This document shows, in pieces, positions 13,811-24,568 of a stretch of DNA of 64,000 nt. The notes beneath the pieces were generated by a model. That model saw nothing but the letters and a program-made list of their open reading frames with translations. It did not search any database and was not told the DNA's origin. How positions within the stretch are numbered: position 1 is the stretch's first letter; each line of letters opens with the position of its first letter. The position numbers and the translations under genes were made by a program. Source of the stretch: Eledone cirrhosa (Eukaryota). The stretch lies in the NCBI GenBank assembly GCA_964016885.1, contig OZ024748.1, positions 30,938,001-31,002,000 on the forward strand. Direction: 5' to 3'.

Positions 13811-16800
13811 TTAAAAGCCAACCCTAAGCCTTAGATTCAGACTTAAAACCACAACCCCTATTCTTAGACGTAAACTTAAACCCCAACCCCTAAACTTAGA
13901 CTTAGAATTAAACCATAACCCCAAGCCTCATACTTAAACCCTAACCCCAAGCCTTAGATGTAGACTTAAACCCCAAGTATAAGACTTGGACTTAGACTTA
14001 AACCCCAACCCCAAGCCTTAGACTTAAACTTAAACCCCAAACCCAAGCCTTAGACTTGAACCCGAACTGCAAGCTTTAGACTTAGACTTAAACCCCAACC
14101 CTTAGACTTAGATATAATCTTAAACTTAGATTTAGACTTAAACCCCAACCCCAAACTTTAGACTTAGAAGTAAAACCCAACTCCAGGCCTTAGATTTAAA
14201 CCCAAACCACAAGCCTTAGACTTAAACCCCAACCCCAAGCCTTAGATTATACTTAAACCACAAGCCTTAGACTTAGAATTTAAACGCCAATCCCGATCCT
14301 GAGACTTTAACTTAAGCCCTAACCCCAAGCCTTAGACTTAAATCCTAAACCAACCCTTATACTTAGACTTAAACCACAAACTAAGCCTCAGAATTAGACT
14401 TAAACCCCAACCACAAGATTTAGACTTAGATTTAAACCCGAACGCCAATTCTTAATCTTAGACGTAAACCAAAATCCAAGCCTTAGATTTACACTTACAC
14501 CCTAAACCCAAGCTTTCCATTTAGAATTAAACACTACCCCAAGCCTTAGACTTAGACATAAAGCCCAACCCCAAGCCTTAGATTTAGACTTAAACCCCAA
14601 ACCCAAGCCTTAGACTTAGACTTAAACCAAAACCTAAAGCCCCAGACTTTGACTTAAACCCCAAGACAGAGACATAGATTTAAACCCCAACCTCAAGCCT
14701 TTTACTAAGACTTAAACCCCAACACCAAGCTTCAGAATTAGACGTAATACCCAACTACAAGCCTTAGAATTAAACCATAAAGACAAGCCTTAGACTTAAA
14801 CGCAAACGCCAAGGCTTACACTTAGACTTAAACCACAACCCCTAGCCTTAGACGTAAACTTAAACGCCAACCCCTAAATTTAGACTTTGACTTAAACCCT
14901 AACCCCAAGCCTTAGACTTGAACCCCAACACCAAGCCTTAGACTTAGACTTAAACGCCAACTATAAGCCTTAGACATAGACTTGAACCCCAACTCCTAGT
15001 CTTAGACTTAAACTTAAATCCCTATCCCAAGTCTTAGACTTAGACTTAAACACCAAACCCAAGCCTTAGAATTAGACTTAAACCCCAACCCCAAGCATTA
15101 GACTTAGGCTTAAACACAAACCGCCTAGCCTTACATTTAGATTTAAACCCCAAACCAAAGCCTTAGACATAGACTTAATTCCCAACCCCAACACTTAGAC
15201 TTAAAGACCAACTCCAAGCCTTAGACGTAGATTTAAACCACTAGCCAAAGCCTTAGACTTAAACCCCAACCCAAGCTTTAGGCTTAGTCGTAAACCCCAA
15301 CCCCAAGCCTTAGACTTAAACCTCAACCCAAAGTCTGAGACTTAGACTTAACCCCATACCCAAAGCCTTAGACTTATACGTAAACCACAACTATAAGCGT
15401 TAGACGTAAAGCCTAAACCAAACCCCAAACCTTAGACTTAGACTTAAACCCCAACCCAAAGTCTTAGTCTTAGACTTAAACCACAACCCCAAGCCTCAGA
15501 CTTAGACTTAACAGCAATCCTTAGACTTACACTAAACCCCAAACCATAGCCTTAGACGTAAACGTAAACTTAGACTTAGACTTAAACCCCAACTTCAAGC
15601 CTTCGACTTAGACTTGAACCCCAACTGCAAGCTTTAGACGTAGACTTAAACCCCAACCCCAAAGGTTTGACTTAGATTTGAACCCCAACTCCTAGCCTTA
15701 GACTTAGACTCAAACCCCAACCCCAAGCGTCAGACTTAGACTTAAACCCCAACCCTTAGACTTAGACTTAAACCCCAATCCCAAGCCTTAGACATAGACT
15801 TAAACCCCAACCCCAAGTTAGACTTCGACATAAAACCCAACCACAAGCCTTAGACGTAGACTTAAACCCCAGCCCCAAGCCTTAGACTTAGACTTAAACC
15901 CCAAACACAGGCCTTAGACATAGACTTAAACCCCAACCCCAAAACATAGACTTAGACTTAAACCTCAACCACTAGCATTAGACTTAGACTTGAAGCCAAC
16001 ACCAAGCCTTAGACTTAAACCGTAACCCCAAGCCTTAGACTTAGACTTAAACCCAAAACCATAGCCATAGACATAGACTTAAATCCCAACACGAAGCCTT
16101 AGACTTAAGTTTAAGTCTAGGTCTAAGGCTTGGGTTTGGAGTTTAAGTCTAAGCCTGAGGCTTGGGGTTCGGGTTTAAGTCTAAGTCCAAGTCTTGTGGT
16201 TGGGGTTTAAATCTAAGGGTTAGGATTTAAATCTAAGGATGAGTGTTGGGGTTTAAGGCTAAGTCTAATGCTTGTGGTTGGAGTTTATGTCTAAGTCTAA
16301 GGCATGGGGTTAGGGTTTAGGTCTAAGTCTAAGGCTTGGGGTTAGGATGTGTGTATAAATCTAATGCTTGGCGTTAGGGTTTAAGTCTAAGTCTAAGGCT
16401 TTGGCTTGGAGTATAAGTCTAATTCTAAGGGTAAGGTTGGGGTTCGGGTTTAAGTCTAAGTGGTTAGGATTTAATTCTAAGGCTTGGAGTTGGGGTTTAC
16501 GTCTAAGTCTAAAGCTGGGGGTTGGGGTTTAAGTCTATGTCTAAGGCTTGGGGTTGGAGTTTAAGTCTAAGTCTAAGGCTTTGTGTTGGGGTTTAAGACT
16601 ACGTCTAAGGCTTGAGGTTTGGGTTTAAGTCTAAGTCTTGGAGTTGGGGTTTAATTTTACGTCTAATGCTTGGGTTTGTGGTTTAAGTCTAAGTCTAAGG
16701 GTTGGTGTTAGGGTTTAAGTTTAAGGCTTGGATTTGGGGTTTAAGTCTAAGTCTAAGACTTTGAGGGGCGTTTATGTCTAAGTTTAAGGCTTGGGTTGGC

Positions 16801-18722
16801 GTTTAAGTCTAAGGTTTGGGGTTAGGGTTTAAGTCTAAGTCTAAGGCTTGGGATTGGGGCTTAAATCTAAGCCTCAGGCTTGGATTTCGGGTTTTAGTCT
16901 AATTTAAGGCTTCGTGTTCGGCTTTAAGTCTAAGTCTGAGGCTTGGGGTTGGTGTTTAAATCTAAGTCTAAGGCTTGGTGTTGGCGTTTAAGTCTAGGTG
17001 TAAGGCTTGTGGTTGTGGTTTAAGTCTATGTCTAAGGCTTGGTGTTGGGTTTAAGTCTAAGTCTAAGGCTTGGGGTTGGGGTTTAAGTCTAAGGCTTGGG
17101 GTTCGGGTTTAAGTCTAAGTCTAAGGCTCGGGATTGGAGCTTAAATCTAAGTCTCAGGTTTGGATTTCGGGTTTAAGTCTAATTTAAGGCTTCGTGTTCT
17201 GCTTTAACCTAAGTCTGAGTCTTGGGTTGGTGTTTAAATCTAAGTCTAAGGCTTGGGGTTGGGGTTTAATTCTAAGTCTAAGGCTTTGGTTTGAGGTTAG
17301 TGTCTACGTCTAAGGTTTGAGGTTGGGGTTTAAATCTAAGTCTAAGTCTTGGAGTTGGGGTTTAAGCTTACGTCTAAGATAAGGGGTTGGGGTGTAAGTC
17401 TAAATCTAAGGAATGGGGTTGGGGTTGAAGTCTAAGTCTAAGGCTTGGGTTTGGGGTTTAAGTCTAAGTCTAAGGCTTTGGGTTGGTGTTTACGTCTAAG
17501 TCTAAGGCTTGGGGTTAATGTTTAAGTCTCTGTCTAATGCTTGAGGTTGGGGTTGGGGTCTAAGTCTTTGGGTTGGTGTTTAATTCTAAGTCTCAGGATT
17601 GGGATTGGGGTTTAAAATCTAAGTCTAACCTTTGGGGTTGGCGTTTAAGTCTAAAGTTTGTAGTTGGGGTTCAAGTCTAAGTCTAATACTTGAGTTTGGG
17701 GTTTAAGTCTAAGTCTAATTTTAAGTTTACGTCTGAGGCTTGGGGTTGGGGTTTAAGTCTAAGTCTAAGGCTTTGGGTTGGGATTAAAGTCTAAGTCTAA
17801 GGCTTGGGGTAAGGGTTTAAGTCTAAGTTTAGTGGTTGGGGTTTAAGTTTACGGATAAGGCTAGGGGTTGGGGTTTAGTCTAAGTGTAAGGCTAGGAGTT
17901 GCTGTTTAAGTCAAAGTCTAAGGCTTGGGGTTGTGGATTATGTCTAAGGCTTGTGGCTATGGTTTAATTCTGAGGCTTGGAGTTGGGGTTTAAATCTAAG
18001 TCTAATGCTAGTGGTTGGGGTTTAAGTTTAAGTCTAAGGCTTGGGGTTGGTGTTCAAGTCTAAGACTAAGGCTTTGGGTTGGCGTTTAAGTTTAAGTCTA
18101 GGGCCTGGTGTTGGGGTTTAAGTCTAAGTCTAAGGCTTGGTGTTTGGGATTATGTCTATGACTAAAGCTTTGGGTTGGGGTTTAATTCTAAGTCTAAGGC
18201 TTGGGGTTGGTGTTCAAGTCTAAGTCTAAGGCTTTGGGCTGGCGTTCAAGTCTAAGTCTAAGGCTTTGTGTTGGGGTTTAAGTCTACGTCTGAGGCTTGA
18301 GGTTGGGGTTTAAATCTATGTCTATGGCTTGGGGTTTAAATATAAGTCTAAGGCTTAAGGTTGGGTTTTAAGTCTAAGTCTAAGGCTTGTGGTTGTATTT
18401 TATGTCGAAGTCTAAACTTGGGGTTGGTGTATAAGTCTAAGTCTAAGGCTTTGGGTTGGGGTTTAAGTCTAAGTCTAAGGCTTTGGGTTGGGGTTTAAGT
18501 TTACGGGTTGGGCTAATGCTTGGGGTTGGGGTTAGGTTGTAAGTCTAAGGCTTGTTATTAGGGTTTTATTCTAAGGCTTGGGGTTGTGGTTTAAGTCTAA
18601 GTCTAAGGCTTGGGCTTGGGGTTTAATTCTAAGTCTAAGCCTTTGGGTTGGCGTTTATGTCTACGTCTAAGGTTTGGGGGTTGGGGTTTAAGTCTAAGTC
18701 TAAGGCTTATAATTCGGGTTTA

Positions 18723-18760
18723 AAACCCTAACCCCAAGTCGTAGACTTGGGTTAGGGTTT
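18723..18760. repeat. 38-bp inverted repeat/hairpin, copy 1 (loop GTA)
   Basis: aaaccctaaccccaagtc-gta-gacttgggttagggttt; the arms are complementary except for one extra C. Confidence 0.93.
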
Positions 18761-18832
18761 AAGTCTAAGGCTTGGTCTTAGGGCTTAACTCTAAGTTTAA
18801 GTTTAGGGGTTGGGGTTAAGTTTACGTCTAAG

Positions 18833-21800
18833 GCTTGGAGTTGAGGTTTAATTTTACGTCTAAGGCTTGGGTTTGTGTTTAAGTCTAAGTCTAAGGGTTG
18901 GTGTTAGGGTTTAAGTCTAAGGCTTGGATTTAGGGTTTAAGTCTAAGTCTAAGACTTTGGGGGAGCGGCGTTTATGTCTAAGTTTAAGGCTTGGGGCTGT
19001 GGTTTAAGTCTAAGGCTTGGGGTTAGGTTTAAGTCTAAGTCTAAAGCTTGGGATTGGGGCTTAAATCTAAGTCTCAGGCTTGGATTTCGGGTTTTAGTCT
19101 AATTTTAGGGTTTCGTGTTCGGCTTTAAGTCTATGTCTAAAGCTTGTTGTTGGGACTTAAGACTATGTCTAAGGTTTTGGTTTTGGGTTTAAGTCTAAGT
19201 CTAAGGCTTGGTGTTGGAGTTTAAGTCTAAGGCTTGGGGTTACAGTTTAAGTCTAAGCCTTGGTGTTGGTTTTAAGTCTAAATCTAATGCTAGTGGTTGA
19301 GGTTTAAATCTAAGTCTATGTTTTGGAATTGGGGTTTCAGTGTATGTCTAAGACTTGGGGTTGGAGTTTAAGTCTAAGTCTAAGGCTTAGGGTTGGGGTT
19401 TAAATCTATATCTAAGAGTTGGGGTTGGGGTTTAAGTCTAAGTCTAAGCCTTGGGGTTGGGTTTTAAGTCTAAGTTTAAGGGTTGGGGTTAGAGTTTAAG
19501 TCTAAGGCCTGGAGTTGGGCTTTAAGTCTAAGTCTAAGGCTTGGGGTTGGGGTTTAAGGCTAAGTCTAAGGCTTGGTGTTAGGGTTTAAGTTTAAGTCTA
19601 AAACTTCGGTTTGGTGTTTAAGTCTTATTCTAAGGCTTTGGGTAGAGGTTATAGACTATGACTAAGTCATATGGTTGGGCTTCAAGTCTAACTCTGAGGC
19701 TTGGGCGTGGGGTGTAAGTCTAAGTCTAAGGCTTGTGGTTGGGGTTTAAATCTATGTCTATGACTTGGGATTTAAATCTAAGTCTAAGGCTTAAGGTTGG
19801 GATTTATATCGAAGTCTAAACATGGGGTTGGGGTTTATGTCTATGTCTAAGGCTTGGGATTGGTCTTTAAGTTTAAGTCTAAGGGTTGGGGTTGGGGTTT
19901 AAGTTTACGTCTAAGGCTAGGGGTTGTGGTTTAAATCTAAGTCTAAAGCTTGTGTTTATGGTTTAATGCTAAGACTTGTAGTTGGGGTTACGCCTAAATC
20001 TAAAGCTTAGGTTTGGGGTTTAAGTCTAAATCTATGGCTTGAGGGTGGTGTTTAAATCTATGTCTATGTCTTGGGGTTTAAGTCTAAGTCTGAGGCTTAA
20101 GGTTTGGGTTTAAGTCTAAGTCTAAGGCTTGGTGTTGGGTTTTGGGGTATGGATTTAAGTCAAATTCTAAGGCTTGGGTTTGGGGTTTAAGTCTAAATCT
20201 AAGATTTGGGGTTGGGGTTTATGTGTAAGTCTAAGGCTTGGGGTTGGGGTTTAAGTTTAAGTCTGAGGCCTGGTTTTGGGGTTTAAGTCTAAGTCTAAGG
20301 CTTGGTGTTTGGGATTATGTCTATGACTAAAGCTTTGGGTTGGGGTTTAATTCTAAGTCTAAGGCTTTGGGTTGGCGTTCAAGTCTAAGTCTAAGGCTTT
20401 GTGTTGGGGTTTAAGTCTACGTCTAAGGCTTGAGGTTGGGGTTTAAATCTATGTCTATGGCTTGGGGTTTAAATATAAGTCTAAGGCTTAAGGTTTGGTT
20501 TTAAGTCTAAGTCTAAGGCTTGTGGTTGTATTTTATGTCGAAGTCTAAACTTGGGGTTGGTGTATAAGTCTAAGTCTAAGGCTTTGGGTTGCGGTTTAAG
20601 TGTAAGTCTAAGGCTTTGGGTTGGGGTTTAAGTTTACGGGTTGGGCTAATGCTTGGGGTTGGGGTTAGGTTGTAAGTCTAAGGCTTGTTATTAGGGTTTT
20701 ATTCTAAGGCTTGGGGTTGTGGTTTAAGTCTAAGTCTAAGGCTTGGGCTTGGGGTTTAATTCTAAGTCTAAGCCTTTGGGTTGGCGTTTATGTCTACGTC
20801 TAAGGCTTGGGGTTGGGGTTTAAGTCTAAGTCTAAGGCTTATAATTCGGGTTTAAAACCCTAACCCCAAGTCTACGACTTGGGTTAGGGTTTAAGTCTAA
20901 GGCTTGGTCTTAGGGTTTAACTCTAAGTTTAAGTTTAGGGGTTGGGGTTAAGTTTACGGCTAAGGCTAGGGGTTGTGGTTTAAATCTTAGTCTAAGGCTT
21001 GTGTTTATGGTTTAATGCTAAGGCTTGTAGTTGGGGATTACGCCTAAATCTAAAACTTAGGGTTGGGGTTTAAGTCTAAATCTATTGCTTGAGGGTGTTT
21101 GTTAAATCTATGTCTATGTCTTGGGGTTTAAGTCTAAGTCTGAGGCTTATGTCTTGGATTTAAGTCTAAGTCTAAAGCTTGGTTTTGGGGTTTGGGGTAT
21201 GGATTTAAGTCAAATTCTAAGGCTTGGGGTTGGGGTTTAAGTCTAAATTTAAGGCTTGGGGTTGGGTTTATGTGTAATTCTAAGGCTTGGGGTTGGGGTT
21301 TAAGTCTAGCACTAAGGCTTGGCTTTGGGGTTTAAGTCTAAGTCTGAGGCTTGGGGTTCGGGTTTAATTCTAAGTCTAAGTTTTGTGCTTGGGGTTTAAA
21401 TATAAGGGTTAGGATTTAAATCTAAAGATGAGTGTTGGGGTGTAAGACTAAGTCTAATGCTTGTTGTTGGGGTTTAAGTCTAGGTCTAAGGCTTGGGCTT
21501 GGGGTATAAGTCTAATTCTAAGGATAAGGTTGGGGTTCGGGTTTAAGTCTAAGTGTTGTGGTTAGGATTTAATTCTAAGGCTTGGAGTTGGGGTTTACGT
21601 CTAAGTCTAAAGCTTGGGGTTAGGGTTTATGTCTATGTCTAAGGCTTGGGGTTGGAGTTTAAGTCTAAGTCTAAGGCTTTGGGTTGGGGTTTAAGACTAT
21701 GTCTCAGGCTTGATGTTGGGGTTTAAGTCTAAGTCTTGGAGTTGAGGTTTAATTTTACGTCTAAGGCTTGGGTTTGTGTTTAAGTCTAAGTCTAAGGGTT

Positions 21801-23169
21801 GGTGTTAGGGTTTAAGTCTAAGGCTTGGATTTAGGGTTTAAGTCTAAGTCTAAGACTTTGGGGGAGCGGCGTTTATGTCTAAGTTTAAGGCTTGGGGCTG
21901 TGGTTTAAGTCTAAGGCTTGGGGTTAGGTTTAAGTCTAAGTCTAAAGCTTGGGATTGGGGCTTAAATCTAAGTCTCAGGCTTGGATTTCGGGTTTTAGTC
22001 TAATTTTAGGGTTTCGTGTTCGGCTTTAAGTCTATGTCTAAAGCTTGTTGTTGGGACTTAAGACTATGTCTAAGGTTTTGGTTTTGGGTTTAAGTCTAAG
22101 TCTAAGGCTTGGTGTTGGAGTTTAAGTCTAAGGCTTGGGGTTACAGTTTAAGTCTAAGCCTTGGTGTTGGTTTTAAGTCTAAATCTAATGCTAGTGGTTG
22201 AGGTTTAAATCTAAGTCTATGTTTTGGAATTGGGGTTTCAGTGTATGTCTAAGACTTGGGGTTGGAGTTTAAGTCTAAGTCTAAGGCTTAGGGTTGGGGT
22301 TTAAATCTATATCTAAGAGTTGGGGTTGGGGTTTAAGTCTAAGTCTAAGCCTTGGGGTTGGGTTTTAAGTCTAAGTTTAAGGGTTGGGGTTAGAGTTTAA
22401 GTCTAAGGCCTGGAGTTGGGCTTTAAGTCTAAGTCTAAGGCTTGGGGTTGGGGTTTAAGGCTAAGTCTAAGGCTTGGTGTTAGGGTTTAAGTTTAAGTCT
22501 AAAACTTCGGTTTGGTGTTTATGTCTAATTCTAAGGCTTTGGGTAGAGGTTATAGACTATGACTAAGACATATGGTTGGGCTTCAAGTCTAACTCTGAGG
22601 CTTGGGCTTGGGGTGTAAGTCTAAGTCTAAGGCTTGTGGTTGGGGTTTAAATCTATGTCTATGACTTGGGATTTAAATCTAAGTCTAAGGCTTAAGGTTG
22701 GGATTTATATCGAAGTCTAAACATGGGGTTGGGGTTTATGTCTATGTCTAAGGCTTGGGATTGGGGTTTAAGTGTAAGTCTAAGGGTTGGGGTTGGGGTT
22801 TAAGTTTACGTCTAAGGCTAGGGGTTGTGGTTTAAATCTAAGTCTAAGGCTTGTGTTTATGGTTTAATGCTAAGGCTTGTAGTTGTGGTTACGCCTAAAT
22901 CTAAAGCTTAGGGTTGGGGTTTAAGTCTAAATCTATGGCTTGAGGGTGGTGTTTAAATCTATGTCTATGTCTTGGGTTTAAGTCTAAGTCTGAGGCTTAA
23001 GGTTTGGGTTTAAGTCTAAGTCTAAGGCTTGGTGTTGGGTTTTGGGGTATGGATTTAAGTCAAATTCTAAGGCTTGGGTTTGGGGTTTAAGTCTAAATCT
23101 AAGATTTGGGGTTGGGGTTTGTGTGTAGGTCTAAGGCTTGGGGTTGGGGTTTAAGTTTAAGTCTGAGGC
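18833..23169 (-). repeat. Direct duplication: about 18833-20268 repeated at about 21735-23169 (offset 2901)
   Basis: gagcggcg at 18963 and 21864, followed by the same ordered variants (ttttggaattggggtttcagtg, ggtagaggttatagactatg, atttatatcgaag). Confidence 0.88.
20855..20892. repeat. 38-bp inverted repeat/hairpin, copy 2 (loop TAC)
   Basis: aaaccctaaccccaagtc-tac-gacttgggttagggttt. Confidence 0.93.
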
Positions 23170-24530
23170 TTGGGGTTCGGGTTTAATTCTAAGTCTAAGT
23201 CTTGTGGTTGGCGTTTAAATCTAAGGGTTAGGATTTAAATCTAAGGATGAGTGTTGGGGTTTAAGGCTACATCTAATGCTTGTGGTTGGGGTTTATGTCT
23301 AAGTCTAAGGCATGGGGTTAGGGTTTAAGTCTAAGTCTAAAGCTTGGGGTTAGGATGTGAGTATAAATCTAATGCTTGGCGTTAGGGTTTAAGTCTAGGT
23401 CTAAGGCTTGGGCTTGGGGTATAAGTCTAATTCTAAGGATAAGTTTGGGTTTCGGGTTTAAGTCTAAGTGTTGTGGTTAGGATTTAATTCTATTGGCTTG
23501 GAGTTGAGGTTTACGTCTAAGTCTAAAGCTTGGGGTTGGGGTTTATGTCTATGTCTAAGGCTTGGGATTGGTGTTTAAGTGTAAGTCTAAGGGTTGGGGT
23601 TGGGGTTTAAGTTTACGTCTAAGGCTAGGGGTTGTGGTTTAAATCTAAGTCTAAAGCTTGTGTTTATGGTTTAATGCTAAGGCTTGTAGTTGGGGTTACG
23701 CCTAAATCTAAAGCTTAGGTTTGGGGTTTAAGTCTAAATCTATGGCTTGAGGGTGGTGTTTAAATCTATGTCTATGTCTTGGGGTTTAAGTCTAAGTCTG
23801 AGGCTTAAGGTTTGGGTTTAAGTCTAAGTCTAAGGCTTGGTGTTGGGTTTTGGGGTATGGATTTAAGTCAAATTCTAAGGCTTGGGTTTGGGGTTTAAGT
23901 CTAAATCTAAGATTTGGGGTTGGGATTTATGTGTAAGTCTAAGGCTTGGGGTTGGGGTTTAAGTTTAAGTCTGAGGCCTGGTGTTGGGGTTTAAGTCTAT
24001 GACTAAAGCTTTGGGTTGGGGTTTAATTCTAAGTCTAAGGCTTTGGGTTGGCGTTCAAGTCTAAGTCTAAGGCTTTGTGTTGGGGTTTAAGTCTACGTCT
24101 AAGGCTTGAGTTTGGGGTTTAAATCTATGTCTATGGCTTGGGGTTTAAATATAAGTCTAAGGCTTAAGGTTGGGTTTTAAGTCTAAGTCTAAGGCTTGTG
24201 GTTGTATTTTATGTCGAAGTCTAAACTTGGGGTTGGTGTATAAGTCTAAGTCTAAGGCTTTGGGTTGCGGTTTAAGTGTAAGTCTAAGGCTTTGGGTTGG
24301 GGTTTAAGTTTACGGGTTGGGCTAATGCTTGGGGTTGGGGTTAGGTTGTAAGTCTTAGGCTTGTTATTAGGGTTTTATTCTAAGGCTTGGGGTTGTGGTT
24401 TAAGTCTAAGTCTAAGGCTTGGGCTTGGGGTTTAATTCTAAGTCTAAGCCTTTGGGTTGGCGTTTATGTCTACGTCTAAGGCTTGGGGTTGGGGTTTAAG
24501 TCTAAGTCTAAGGCTTATAATTCGGGTTTA

Positions 24531-24568
24531 AAACCCTAACCCCAAGTCTACGACTTGGGTTAGGGTTT
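24531..24568. repeat. 38-bp inverted repeat/hairpin, copy 3 (loop TAC)
   Basis: aaaccctaaccccaagtc-tac-gacttgggttagggttt. Confidence 0.93.

Larger units (their letters stand above)
1..16108 (+). repeat. Satellite block A, C-rich strand on top
   Basis: Monomers read CCAAGCCTTAGACTTAGACTTAAACCCC up to ...acgaagccttagacttaa (16091-16108). Confidence 0.97.

Noticed and set aside
16000-16220. Fold-back sequencing chimera at the first strand switch
   Set aside because: The two sides carry different monomer variants and are not exact mirror images. An assembly misjoin cannot be excluded without reads.
18723-18760. Intrinsic terminator, MITE or pre-miRNA interpretation of the hairpin
   Set aside because: There is no upstream gene and no target-site duplication, it is too short for a pre-miRNA, and both arms are satellite-derived.
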